Positions 48,943-63,417 of a stretch of 64,000 nt of DNA are shown piece after piece; position 1 is the first letter of the stretch; every line of letters begins with the position of its first letter. Both the position numbers and the translations under genes were made by a program. Origin of the DNA: Paecilomyces variotii (taxonomy: Eukaryota). A model generated the notes under the pieces. The model was not told the DNA's origin. It ran no database searches and saw only the letters and a list, made by a program, of their open reading frames with translations. The stretch is from the NCBI GenBank assembly GCA_004022145.1, contig RCNU01000001.1. One strand, written 5' to 3'.

Positions 48943-51840
48943 ATGGCTCTTCTGATCAGCTTTCTTGCACTTATATTGGCTGCGAATGCGGTTCCTGCGC
49001 CGAACTGGCCGATCAACTCTCAGTTACCACCTGTCGCTCGAGTGTCAAAGCCTTTCGAGTTCGTCTTTTCGGAAGGCACCTTCAGTGACAGCTCTAACAT
49101 GACATATTCGTTATCCAATGCGCCCTCATGGCTGAAAATAGACAGCAGCAGCCGTAAGCTATATGGGACTCCTGCGTCTGGCGACGCCAATTCTCTCCAG
49201 TTTGATCTCGTGGCTTCCGATGATTCGGGCTCCGCTCATATGACCACGACTCTGGTGGTATCGGCGGAGGAGGGACCGACAGTTGGAAAGGCAATCCTTC
49301 CGCAGCTCGCGAAAGTCGGACCTACTTCTAGTCCTTCTACGCTCTATATGTACCCCGGTCGATCGTTCTCGTTCTCCTTCGCATCGGACACTTTTCTCAA
49401 TACGCAGTACACGACCATCTACTACGCAACATCCACGGGCAACTCCCCTCTTCCATCCTGGATTGGATTCAACGCAGCGAACCTTAACTTCTCAGGAACC
49501 AGTCCTTCGTCTCCCTCCTCGGGGCCCCAGACATTCACATTTAACCTCATAGCGTCTGACGTTCCTGGATTCAGCGGAGCCGCTGTCAGTTTTCAGATCG
49601 TGGTGGGATCGCATATACTGGCCTTCAAAGAGGATGAAGTCGTGCTCAATTTCACCCAAGGGCAGCCATTCAGTACGACACAATTTTTAGACATCTTGAC
49701 CCTTGATGGCAAAGAGCCCACTTTGAGTGACATTGCCAGCATCAAGGTCGATGGCCCGGATTGGCTGCACCTGGACAACAATACCATTTCCCTAGCCGGG
49801 ACGGCGCCTCAAAATGCGGGGGACGAGAATGCGACTATTTCTGTGACGGATATTTACCAGGATGTTGCAACTCTCGTGGTGAATTTGAAAGTCTCGCAGC
49901 TGTTCGCGGAAGGTGTTGACAACTGCAATGCCACCATCGGCCAGGAATTCTCGTATGTCTTTGCAGAGACGTTGCTCGACCCATCAGCCACTCTCACCGT
50001 CGATCTTGGACAAGCTTCCGCTTGGGCGAACTATGATCCTGCTACCAGAACTCTCTCTGGGAAGATCCCTGACAACATGAAGCCGCAAACAGTCTCCATA
50101 AAACTCATTGCCACCAGAGGCTCGACAACGGAAACGCGCAACCTAAATATCATTATCACTAAGAAGGGCTCTAATGATACCGACGAGAACTCAACGGGAT
50201 CGGGAGGTGGGATACATGAGAAGGCTGGCTTAATCGCGATTGCTGTGGTTATCCCGGTGGTTGTCCTTATCAGCTTGGCCATCGTCCTTTGCTGTTGGAT
50301 CCGTAGGCGCAGAGCAGCTAAGCCCAAGGACGATCAGGAGGCAAAAGAGAAAATGAATATCTCGAGACCCAAGATACCCGAGCTTCCATGTGGGAAGATG
50401 TCAGAAGACCAGCAGCCACTCGAAAGAGCGGATACTGGCCAAGCCTCTCCGACACATTCTGACCCTCCTCAACTCGACTTGGGGCCACTTTGGGAGGTGG
50501 ATTCGCTGCAACGAGACAATAGTGGCAAAGTGGTAGACGATGAAGCTCGTGCCTCTCGATCCATGGCTGATTGGGGCTTTGGGCCCTCGACAAGCGCAGG
50601 AGCGAACGAAGAGAAGCAACAGGATAGTTCAGCCAACAATGATGCGAAGCGTGGTTCTCAAAGGAACTCACCTCTGAGGCGCAGCACTACGAACTATTCC
50701 CGGAAAAGGGAGCCACTCAAGACCATTCAGCCGCGATCTTTCAAGCGAGACTCGACACTTTCCGCTAAGTCGAAACGATATTCACGACGCTCCAGCGGTA
50801 TCCCATCTGTTGCCTCTGGACTTCCGGTCAGACTCAGCGGTGCTGGACATGGAGCGGGCGGGGTCGGGCCTCCTGGACATGGTGTCGTAAGAATCTCATG
50901 GCAGAACACGCAAGCATCGTTTCAGAGTGATGATACTGGCATCGAGAATATAGCACCACTCTTCCCTCGACCGCCTCAGCACAGGCACAGTTATTCCTCG
51001 AGACCATACGACTACCCCAAGCGTCTCAGCCTGAGGCCTGTTGACCCGAGCAGCTCGACTCTCTCTGAAAGTGAGTCACTCGAAGCATTTATCCATGGCC
51101 GTGCCAAGAGCAGAAACTCTGCGAGCCCGATGTTCTCAGCCCGTCTGAATAGTAAAACCTCATCTGGCCTGCGAGCACTTGAGAAAGCCCGGAGGACGCC
51201 AAGCGGCGCGGAGACAGCTGGCTCGATCTCGATATACGCGGACGAGGCCCGACAGTCTCCCCCACGGCCTGTCTCGACGGCGATGTCGGGGTCGGTCTAC
51301 ACTGATGATGTTCGGCATTCCGTCCAGATACGGCCGTTGTCTCAGATATCGAATGCGCAGAAACGAGGTAGTCAACCAAACTTTGCTAAAAAGTACAGTG
51401 AGATCGTTGCACCTCTTCCTCGCTTTTGGAGTCAGGGCAGTCTGGCGAGTAAGGGCCGACAGGAGTCCGGAGACTCCCTGACGGGCTCAGAAGACTACCA
51501 CGATCTCATCGACGAGCGCGAAGAGCCTGACGGTCAGCGCTGGTGGTACAAGGTAAATCCTGTTACGCATGCCCGGACAGCCTCTGCGGATGCACCAGAG
51601 AGGGTAGATACAGCAAACGACGAACGTGCAGCAGAAGCGGATCCGATCAAGAGTCGGGTACGGCGCATGAGCCTCATACGGACGGGCGGACGTGGGCGCG
51701 ATAGCAGTCCTGGCAGCCGTAGTGACCGACTATGGAGGTTGGCGGAGAACGAGGAACGACGACCAGTCAGTATCGAGGACACCAGCAGTATTGATCGAAC
51801 GATTACGGGGAGTATGCGGGGCGATTTGGCATTTGTATGA
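48943..51840 (+). CDS. AXL2: Axl2-like polarity/bud-site type I membrane glycoprotein
   Basis: Signal peptide, PINSQLPPVARV N-terminus, repeated cadherin/He_PIG-like PSWL..LYGTP units, single TM helix (LIAIAVVIPVVVLISLAIVLCCWI-RRRR) and a Ser/Arg-rich tail. Confidence 0.88.
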   Translation: MALLISFLALILAANAVPAPNWPINSQLPPVARVSKPFEFVFSEGTFSDSSNMTYSLSNAPSWLKIDSSSRKLYGTPASGDANSLQFDLVASDDSGSAHMTTTLVVSAEEGPTVGKAILPQLAKVGPTSSPSTLYMYPGRSFSFSFASDTFLNTQYTTIYYATSTGNSPLPSWIGFNAANLNFSGTSPSSPSSGPQTFTFNLIASDVPGFSGAAVSFQIVVGSHILAFKEDEVVLNFTQGQPFSTTQFLDILTLDGKEPTLSDIASIKVDGPDWLHLDNNTISLAGTAPQNAGDENATISVTDIYQDVATLVVNLKVSQLFAEGVDNCNATIGQEFSYVFAETLLDPSATLTVDLGQASAWANYDPATRTLSGKIPDNMKPQTVSIKLIATRGSTTETRNLNIIITKKGSNDTDENSTGSGGGIHEKAGLIAIAVVIPVVVLISLAIVLCCWIRRRRAAKPKDDQEAKEKMNISRPKIPELPCGKMSEDQQPLERADTGQASPTHSDPPQLDLGPLWEVDSLQRDNSGKVVDDEARASRSMADWGFGPSTSAGANEEKQQDSSANNDAKRGSQRNSPLRRSTTNYSRKREPLKTIQPRSFKRDSTLSAKSKRYSRRSSGIPSVASGLPVRLSGAGHGAGGVGPPGHGVVRISWQNTQASFQSDDTGIENIAPLFPRPPQHRHSYSSRPYDYPKRLSLRPVDPSSSTLSESESLEAFIHGRAKSRNSASPMFSARLNSKTSSGLRALEKARRTPSGAETAGSISIYADEARQSPPRPVSTAMSGSVYTDDVRHSVQIRPLSQISNAQKRGSQPNFAKKYSEIVAPLPRFWSQGSLASKGRQESGDSLTGSEDYHDLIDEREEPDGQRWWYKVNPVTHARTASADAPERVDTANDERAAEADPIKSRVRRMSLIRTGGRGRDSSPGSRSDRLWRLAENEERRPVSIEDTSSIDRTITGSMRGDLAFV

Positions 51841-53936
51841 GTATCAGGCGGAGGAAATAAAACATTGGCCGGTGTGGTGGGAGCATCCTTGATCTTTTTT
51901 CTTCCTGTCTTTGATTGGCATTATTGAACTGTTGGCCTGGTCCCTTTCTCGGTTGACCGCTATTTTCCCCTTTGCGTTTGGTTTCTTTGGTTTTGGACAG
52001 TTATCAGGCCCTAGAGGCGCTGGCTGGATGTGCTTTGAAAGAAGAGATACCTCGGTACAGATATCCTTGTGAGTTACATTGTCATAGTTTCTTTTTGTTT
52101 TTGGAGAGAGCCAACAAAAGAAAGAGCATCCCCTAATGGTAGTTATCTCGGATAATAATAATAAGGGGAAAAAAGAGCTTCGAGAACATCATTTGGATCA
52201 TATCAGTAGGAATAACGAAAAGGCGCCTTGCGAGCCTCCTAGATCTACGGAGTACCGGGAGTCGATCCCGACCAGGTAAAATCTGGGGAACCCTCGCATC
52301 CTTAACCCGGATGCGCGGGAGCTTTGATCTCTCTGAGAGATGGACGAACTTACGAAGGGGGATGGACACGGACCCTTTCTTAAGCGAGACGTCGGAGATT
52401 CAGTAATAATAATAATAATCATAATAATAATCATAATAATCGAATCAGACCAGACCAAAGAAGACCAAAATAATAACAAAAGAATTAGGCGACTGACTCT
52501 GACCGATCGATCGCCCGATTGACAGACAGCGGAGAAGGGACCTTGTTGCGCGCCGGTCTTCATGCCAGTGAGTTTTTTTTTTTTTTTTTTCTCCTCTTCC
52601 TAACACAGGGAAAATTGGAAGTGGGAGGAAAAGGGCCAAAAAAGAAGAAGAAAAGAGGGACTCAACTTCCAAGCCGGCCAGGACCAGTCTAGACGGGTGA
52701 AAACTCTGTCTGATGATCTACATATTATTACATGGCGCAAGTGCCGGTATCGTCCAGTAAGTACATGTACATACATAGTAGGTATTAGGTATTACTCTTG
52801 ACAACTCTGGGTGGGATTTTGGTGGGTTGTTAGGATGAAGGGCCTGGCGCTCTCAAGTTTCCAAGGAAGGAGGGAGAAGAAGTCATGAATAAGAAGGAGG
52901 ATTAAGAGAGAGAGAGAGAGAGAGAGAATCCAGTATCAATTGATCTATAGCACTAGGAGTCCTTGATCGTATATTGATTATTGTGTAATTAATTAACTGT
53001 TGATTTTGTTGAGCCATGAGCCACAAATCGTGGGGGAGATTGACCGGAGAGCCGGTCGCATTTGTGTGATTCACCGCCATCATAGAGTAAAGTGCTCTGA
53101 AGGGAAAGTCAGTCAGTCAGTCAGGAATGCAAGAAGGACAGATCAGACATTGTTGCAAATGTATATATATGATTTATTACTATGAAATTCATAGACAGAG
53201 AGAGAGAGAGAAAGGGGAGAGAGCCTGGAGGGGTGGTAGAATACCTAGACGAATCCATGATAAGAACAAGAACACATCTGGGGAATTATTACGTAGTGCA
53301 TAGGTCGATAACTCATTGATTTCTTCTCCCCCCCTATTTTTTTTTTTACTGGATTTTTTTTTTTTTTTCCAGTATTAATTCAGCCTGTTCCATGTTGCTG
53401 GTTTAAATTAATTATAATTAACTACTACTACTAACTTAACTTGCCTGGTTTACGGGCGACCACCAAGTCACCGGACGCTAAGCATTTTCGTCATTTCTCA
53501 CCTGCGGCAGCTTTCTTCAAACACGCGACTTGCAAACTTCATCATCCCCTTCAAATCTTGCTCCGCCCTCCCTTGGCTTGGTTCCTGAGCATCCAGCCAG
53601 TGCTCGAGATCTATTCTTCCTCTTTTCCTCCCGCCGTTGCAGTGTTCAGTCCAATATTGACCTGCAACAGAGATCCTGAACCGCTCCCCATCGACTGGTG
53701 CACTGGCTCCATCCGCCTTTTTCCCCGCCCAGATTCTCTCTCTACCCATCCATCGGTCCCCAGCGCTACGACTGTGAGCATTAGTCCCCTCGACAGAGTC
53801 TTCACACCCCCGTCCGACCACGTTCCCTGACTGGACTGCGTGCGATAATAGCAGAATTCTCCTGGCAGTCTGTCGTTGTGCATGACTGTTGTCGACAATC
53901 GATCCTTCACTAGACTTCCGTGACCACCTATAAATC

Positions 53937-55899
53937 ATGGGTCAGACCTTATCAGAGCCGGTAGTAGAGAAGGTGAGGATCTGATTCCTGCTCTTGTTTG
54001 ATGTTGTGCCAAGGTGCGTCAGGCCCTGTCTGCGTCGCCAATGTTCCCCTCTGGTCCTGCGATCAGTTGAGATGGGTGCCGGACAGGATGCGGGGCATGA
54101 CGCACCGTGGTCCCGAATGCATTTTCCTGCTCGAGGGACAACCCATTGCAGACGAAGGACCGCGCCAGGGCCTTGGAGTAACAATTCTGTCTTGATATTT
54201 TCGATTGCAATTTTCTTGTCTGGGGTAACTGACGTTGGGCCCCTGGGGTTGTAGACTTCTTCGGAAGGCGAAGATGAATGTGTCCTGTACGGCGTGTCCG
54301 CCATGCAGGGCTGGAGAATCAGCATGGAAGACGCACACGCGGCAGTCCTAGATCTGCAGGCCAAGTATGTGGATAGCGATGGCAAGCCTACCGATCCGAG
54401 CAAACGGCTCTCCTTCTTCGGTGTATATGACGGGCATGGAGGAGACAAGGTAGCTCTATTCGCAGGAGAGAATGTCCACAAGATCGTCGCAAAACAAGAC
54501 GCATTCGCAAAGGGCGACATTGAGCAGGCCCTCAAGGATGGTTTCCTGGCTACGGATCGCGCTATCTTGGAAGGTGGGTTGCAGTGTTGGCGGCGGCGCT
54601 GAAGGGTTCCGGACCCTGATAGAACGTTGGCTGATGTGGAAGCAGACCCGAAATACGAAGAAGAAGTCTCTGGCTGCACAGCGTCGGTTGGTGTCATCTC
54701 TCGCGACAAGATCTGGGTGGTATGTGTCTGTTACCATGTTGTCAAGGTCTCATTGTCTTACGTCGTTTACAGGCCAACGCTGGTGATTCACGATCTGTTC
54801 TTGGTGTCAAAGGCCGCGCGAAGCCTCTGTCCTTTGACCATAAACCCCAGAACGAAGGTTAGAATATCTTGATTAGGTTGACTCTGCCTCGATGTTCATT
54901 CTGACGGTCCTCCGCAGGCGAGAAAGCGCGTATCAGCGCCGCAGGCGGTTTCGTCGACTTTGGACGGGTCAACGGCAACCTGGCTCTGTCCCGCGCCATT
55001 GGAGACTTCGAATTCAAGAAGAGCCCCGAGTTGTCTCCCGAACAGCAGATTGTCACTGCCTATCCTGACGTGACCGTCCACGAGGTCACTGATGACGATG
55101 AGTTCCTCGTCATCGCCTGTGATGGTACGTCGGATTTCGTCTTTCAAAAAAACTACCCCCACTTTAGCCGCGCTGCTTTATTAAACATGTCTCTACTGCA
55201 GGTATCTGGGACTGCCAGTCTTCTCAGGCCGTGGTCGAATTCGTTCGCAGAGGAATTGCAGCTAAGCAGGAGTTGCACCGGATCTGTGAGAACATGATGG
55301 ACAACTGCCTGGCTTCCAACAGCGAGACCGGCGGGGTTGGTTGTGACAACATGACCATGATTGTCATTGGGCTTCTCCATGGCAAGACCAAGGAGGAGTG
55401 GTATAACACGATTGCAGAGCGGGTAGCCAAAGGCGACGGGCCTTGTGCTCCACCCGAGTACGGCAAGTTTCGCCAGCAATCCTCGGAGTCCAAGGAGAGC
55501 CCTACTGACTGACGGGCTGTAGCTGAGTTCCGCGGCCCTGGCGTCCGGCATCAGTTTGACGAGAGCCCCGATGACTATGAACTGGAGCAGGACAATCGTG
55601 CGCGCGGCTTCAGCGTCCGCTCGGGTCGGATCATCCTTCTCGGTGACGGCACAGAAGTCATGACGGATCAGAATGAGGAGGATCTCTTTGACCATGCGGA
55701 TGAAGACAAGGATCTGGAGAACCAAGTCAAGAGAGGCACTGAAGACTCGACTAGAAATGATCGCGAAGGCACTCCTGGACCGCAAGTGGATCGTGACGCT
55801 TCTCCCCAGACCGGGGATGCTCCCAAGATCTCCGAATCGCCCTCGTCCGCCACGGAGACGGAGAAGTCAGCCGCTGCGGAGACGAAGGAGTCTTCCTAG
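53937..55899 (+). CDS. PTC2: Protein phosphatase 2C (Ptc2/Ptc3-like), multi-exon
   Basis: [47 protein letters not shown] and GCDNMT. Confidence 0.93.
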
Positions 55900-57485
55900 T
55901 TCGAGATTCACTGCTTCTCTGGGACACCGCATTTGTGATCCTATGATTTATTGATTCCACGACGCTATCCCCCCGCCCTCCACTTGAGCCTTTGTCGGTC
56001 CCCGCTTGTCCCCTTTTCTTTCCCCCTTCTTCTTTTCCTTTCTCGATTTTCCCTGTAACGGAGGAGACGGTTCGAGCGGTAGCTTCTTGAGTCCTCCATC
56101 ATTTGTCTCGATTCGGGAGGCGATCTATGTCTTGCGATGTATGGGAAAGGTGTCCGGGCCGGTGAATACAATACCTTCGACGACCGTACGTCTGTTTTAT
56201 GTCTGCACAGGAGATACCGAACGCACTCCCGCTTCTGCTCCCAAACTCGCCTTGTTCTTCTCTACGGAAATGTTCTCCTTCGGCCTTTTTTTTTTTTTTT
56301 TTCTTTTCCCTCTTGTTGTTTCCCCTAACTTGTTGCTACCTGTCATTCTCGTCGCGCTCTCCCGGACCGATTGGTGGAATATGGCTGCGGAGGGCTTCCG
56401 CTGGGGTGGACTGCACGAGTTACTCTACTTACTATCCTGCTTGGAGCCTTGTCACCGGCTCCAGCGGCCAGAAGAACGGGGGCAGGGGTTCCACAATGGC
56501 ATTGCACACATCCAGGCGTAACCGGTATCTAAGTCTACACACGTTTGAGATCGTCTTTTTTTTAGTCTGCTTGGACAGGAATCCGTATTTGTTCAGTTTC
56601 CGGGCCGCGGCAGAGCCTTTTTATATCCTCTCCTGGGAGACCTCAGTAGATGAGCGCGACTCTCCCCGCGACGGAATCTTCCCTAAAGAGGAAAAAAGAA
56701 GCTTTTAAAAGAAGAAGCAGATCCTAGAGAGAATACTATACTACCAATGACATGGCATGGAAAAAGACGACGATGGCTGGAGAAGACGATTCCAACGCGT
56801 AGAGCGCTCTGTTGATTCTCAGTCTGGCCTTTTTTCCCCCCTTTTCTTCTTTTTCTTTTTCTTTTTCTTTTCTTTTCTTTAATTACTTTACCAGGACTTT
56901 TTATGGTCCTTTTGGTGTCTGATGCGTCTTGTTTTCTTCCATGACGTGACCCGATTCCATTGCTTTGGCCCCACCGCTTTTTTCTCTCTTCTTCATCTCA
57001 TCTCATTCTCATCTCCATCTACATCTACAGTCAAAGTAAAACAACCCATTAACTATTATTTTTGTGATTCTTTTTTTTCTCTTCTCTAATCCCATCATCG
57101 CACGAGCGCACGCGGCCCCCAGACGGCCTCTGTCTCGTCGGCCGTTGCAGCGCGAAGAGATTTCCGCTTGTTCCCCGTCTTCCCTTCCCTTCGCTTCCCC
57201 ACTCTCTCTCTCGTCGACTCTAGAAAGCTCCGGGAAAGTCTTGGGGGGTCCACTACTACACTGCTAGGTCCCTCGAACTGCCCAAGCCTAAGGCCGCTAC
57301 CCATCCCCTGTTGACCGACTTGCGAGTTGACATTCTGCATCGACCGTTCGAACAATCAAGCGACCGCTCATCTCTCATCCTTTTTCTTCCGATCAGTTCT
57401 TCCGATCAGCTGCAATATCCAGCCAGAGGGGAGCTGATCAGCACGCTCTCCCTTCACCTCCCAGGCTTCCCACACGCTGCCCTTC

Positions 57486-59246
<1,761 letters not shown>

Positions 59247-59545
59247 GATGCTCGCCGTGCCTTGTCCTTTCTTGTAGGAGCCGGCAAGTGTGCCGTACGT
59301 AAATCCAAGAAGCCCTGAAGTAAGACACGGGCCCCTGGTAGATGCGGACGGCACCGCTTTCGACAAACCGATGAACGCCCTAATACTCGCCCTATGGCCC
59401 ATCCAACGTTTCCTCCATAACCGGAAAAAGACCCTCTACTCAAAAACTTACTACTACTTTTTATTTTTCCTTCTATTGGAATGTGCAGGCCCGATCTAGA
59501 CGAGTGTTTATTTAATTCTGATAAGACTAGAGCGCCCACCGTTAT

Positions 59546-59590
59546 CAGCAGCAGCAGCAGCAGCAGCATCATCATTGTCATCATCATCAT
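59546..59590. repeat. Compound microsatellite (AGC)n/(ATC)n downstream of PCT1
   Basis: Read directly. Other simple repeats: (TA)n ~8373-8388, (CT)n ~10024-10048, (ATA)n ~52404-52440, (AG)n ~52905-52928. Confidence 0.8.
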
Positions 59591-60669
59591 GGTTATGGTC
59601 ATCATGGGAGGCGCCAGAGACGTTTGGCGTCAGGGTCATAATTTGGGTCTGACATTTTTTTTCTTCATCTCTAACGAACAAAATCACATAGCAAAAGGGG
59701 TTATAGACAGTTGGGGGATAGAAAAGGGAGAAAGACAGAAAAAAAGGGAACCCGGGATATATATAGGTATTTCAGGCCTTCGGAAGGAAGGTGATGACGA
59801 GAATGATATTAAGCCTAACAACCCGATTTTTATTCAACATTGCGTAGGTGGGAACAATGTTTGCAGACTCGTAGTTCACTCGACCTTGCAGGATTATTAG
59901 AACTACATCGGAATATGAGCTCCCGTGTGAATGATGATGGGATGATTACAGCAGCTGCACTGCGCCTCCAGTCTTTATACAATGTATGGTACGGTCTGCG
60001 ATCTACTCTATGAGTGCATATAAATCAAGTCTTGGTCGTCGATAAACTAACTGGCCTTCTAGAATAACCGGAGCGCCAGGCTATTTTTCTAATTTCTTTT
60101 ATTCTACCTGATTGATTCTTTTCTATCAACGCGGACAGAAAACAATCTTCTATCCCCGCATATAGTCAAAGAGAAGCGTCAAATGATTCCTTTGCTCCTC
60201 CAACAGACCCTATTGATCCGCGATCCAACTTAGAAGAAGAAATGGTGATAGGATAGGGAGTCGGATCGCCTGGCCCCCAGCAGTTAACCCACTATCCACC
60301 TCGCGGGGAGATCTGCGACGTGGAGTGGAGTATGGGACAGTTGGCCCCTAAGTCCATAAAGTAAAATCAGTACCCGCTTGAGCGCGAGGAACCTAATCAT
60401 AACATAGAGGTTTAGCCCCCAAACTCCTAATAATAAGATAAGTTGATATACATGGGCTGGAACTAAGCCTCTAACTGTAGGACAAAGAAATCGTAAGATG
60501 CCTTAGCTGGCCTGCCTATCTGATGGCCCTGACGCACATACTTGACCACTTAGTATAGAATTAGACTACCTAGAACAAGCGCTGTCTACTTCTGTTGATT
60601 GCTTCTATATTTCAGCCACACGCAGCACATGCGCCGTCACTGCTCGAGAGGGGCACAAAGTGGTACCAG

Positions 60670-61345
60670 ATGCAACATATCGTCACAATCTATACATACC
60701 ACATCTTCCACGATTTCTGGTCGGCCTCCATGTTTTTAAGTAGGAGGACCCTTAGTGCTAGCATTGACCCTGTTAGGCTAGTCAGCACGTAGGTAACCAA
60801 GTGCATTCGGTTACCAGAAGCTCAGCGCCACCAGAACAGAACGCTGCTGCAGATGGTCCATCATGCGAAGTCGTCACCCCATGACTAGCGAGAAGTGTTT
60901 TTGGTCCCCCCAGACGATTTCCCGCCTGATCGCCCAGGTCCTCTATCTGCAGGGCCGTCATCACAACGGCCAAGATAAGGCTGATCCATTGGTAACTGGT
61001 AGTATTGATTATGTCCGTGCATCCGCAAGTCATAGTCAATGCCCCGCCCGAGTAAAAGCTCATGTCTTCATCGGAGATCGTTGTATGTATGTACATACAT
61101 CCATGTCAGGACGATCAGGCAGAAACCATGCCAGACGACCCCTTGAAGATAGGCACAGAGCAGCACGGTGGGAATCAAACACAACAGAAAATAGCGAGCT
61201 CCGCTGGGCATGATTCTCTTTGATGGAATAAGCATCCACGGTTTGTTGACTTCGTCGTCGATGAGAGAAGCTGGTAGGCTGGTTCGGTACATTAAAGAGC
61301 TGTAGATTGAGCCAGAGCCAGAAGAACACAACGGGAAGCATGCTG
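60670..61345 (-). pseudogene. UbiA-type prenyltransferase / terpene cyclase-like pseudogene, 5'-truncated and frameshifted
   Basis: Consecutive fragments in different frames: FWLWLNLQLFNVPNQ, DDEVNKPW..IPSKRI, LTWMY..YNDL, LQIEDLGDQAGNR..KT, ADQKSWKMWYV*. These follow the UbiA EDxxNKPxRP / YND / QDxxDxxGD order, with frameshifts and a TAG. Confidence 0.72.
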
Positions 61346-61777
61346 ATAACTATAACATATCACATACATATTCGGCTACCCAGTTGGAGTTACTTCTTTG
61401 CCTACGTAGAGTCCGTCAATTAATCACGGCAGGGTCCCGCGACCCCTCTCCCCAAAAATGGAACAAGGGCTTCGGCATTGTATACAGCTGCAACTCGGAT
61501 AGACAAGATCTACAAGCAATATGGCTCAAGTAGTACAGCTTTGCATCCATATATTGTAACCGATTGGTTGTATCTACTTTCCCCTTCTCCCACGCGGCGG
61601 TAAGAATTTGGCCCCAAAGTAGGAGAGGGGTTGCATGAGAACGTGCAGGCTCTAAACACAGTAGGCTGGCGATCACAGTGAGCATCCAAATGCATTTCTC
61701 ATAGTCTGAAGATATATCTTTCTTCCTTTCTGTCTTCACATCCAGATACTCGACCAGCTTAGGATGCCAGATTCGAG

Positions 61778-63153
61778 ATGCCCTCACTCACGCCAGAGCA
61801 GATTCAATATCAAATGAGCCACAAAGATGACGACCGAAGAGCAGGAATCGTGGCTTCTATCTCTATCATGCTGGCCGTCGCTTATGGGGCAGTCATTCTG
61901 CGAGTAGTGGCCCGACGGATTGGTAGAGTGCCCTTGAAAATGGATGACTGGATGATTATGGTGGGACTGGTTGGTCAATTGGATGATCGAAAGGATCTGT
62001 AGAATGGTTATACTGACATGGACGACAATAGTTTCTGACTACCTGCTTTGCTATCGGCTGTTTTCTCTGTAAGTTGCGACATTAGCGATGCTTTTCTCCT
62101 CGTGCAAGAACTAAAGACTATGGCAGCTGTCGCCCTTGGAATGGGCAGACATGCCATTATGGTGAAGCAACCGACGCGAATGGCCAAACAGATCCTGACG
62201 AATGAGGTCTTTTACACTCCTGCGTCAACAACCGTGAAATTCAGCATCCTCTTATTCTATCGACGACTATTCCCGCTGCAGAACGGCCTTAACTGGACCC
62301 TACTCGGAGTCGCAGTGTTTTTGGTCGTCTTTGCTCTTGCTCAAATGGTGAGCGTCATTATTCAATGCACTCCCCCAGCAGCACTCTGGGATCCAGTAGC
62401 TCATCCGAATGCTAAATGTGACAATTACTCTCCGGCTCTTTTGTTATTTGCCATTGTTAACGCTTCAACCGATGTCTTCATCCTATGCATTCCGCTACCG
62501 ATTCTATGGAAACTTCGAGTCTCGGCTACCAGAAGGAAACAACTCATTGGAATCTTCCTGCTGGGTGGTTTGTAAGTACATGCGACAGCAGTCATATTCT
62601 GTTTTAGATTGCTGACCAGGTTGTATATAGGGTGTGCGTAGTAAGCATCTGCCGAGTAGGTTACGTGACCCAAGTCACCCTGACAGACCCAAGCTGTGAG
62701 TGAAAAGAGTACAATCAATCAGAAACAGAGTAAACTGACCCGAGTTATATACCAGGGGATGATGTCAACACAGTCATACTATCCGCGGTCGAAAACTGTG
62801 CCGGTGTTCTGAGTGCCTGTCTACCAACAACGTTGCCCATTTGGCGTTACCTGAGACACGGTAAAGCTAGTCAAGAGGAGCCAGGACACCATCTTCAGGA
62901 GTCAGAAAATCCACGTAAAAAGCCATCCTGTAAGAAGAACTGGTACACCGATACCATGCTCCTGAATAGCATTGCGAAAGACGACATTATCAGCGGCTCG
63001 AATCCATCTAGTGAGCACACTCAGTCGACAGTCAAACTTTTTAATCCTGCCTCTGCTATTCGTGTGACTACCGATTTCCAACAGGAAGATGAGATCGTTT
63101 CAGAACGACTGCCTTCTTATCAGCCGTACGAATCCGTTTCTCAGAGATGGTAG
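61778..63153 (+). CDS. Pth11-like / fungal rhodopsin-domain integral membrane protein, multi-exon
   Basis: LRVVARR..LKMDDW, GMGRH, KFSILLFYRRLF, QCTP..LWD..C, TDVFILCIPLPILWKL and VEN..GVLSACLP. Confidence 0.85.
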
Positions 63154-63417
63154 TCTTCCGCAAGTAAGGAGTCTCATTCCATATCCAGGTCGACAAGTAC
63201 GTCAGGATGGAGTCCGCCTGAATATTATATCACGATGAAGTAGCTACCTCACCCTTTGACATCTTTTCGCGGAGTTTCGAACTGCTCAACTTGTCAGATG
63301 ACCATTATAGTATCGATGTTCTGCTAGCTGTCCTCCAAGGGTTGAATGTTGTAGGTCTTCCTTTTCCCGCCGAACTTTCTTCTAGATACTGACCCTGCTC
63401 GTCGTCTCTTACAGCTA

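Noticed and set aside
56006-56708. ORFs of ~170 aa downstream of PTC2, plus 59048..59605 and 52198..52563
   Set aside because: They are built from poly-T and trinucleotide microsatellites in UTR or intergenic DNA, giving low-complexity translations.
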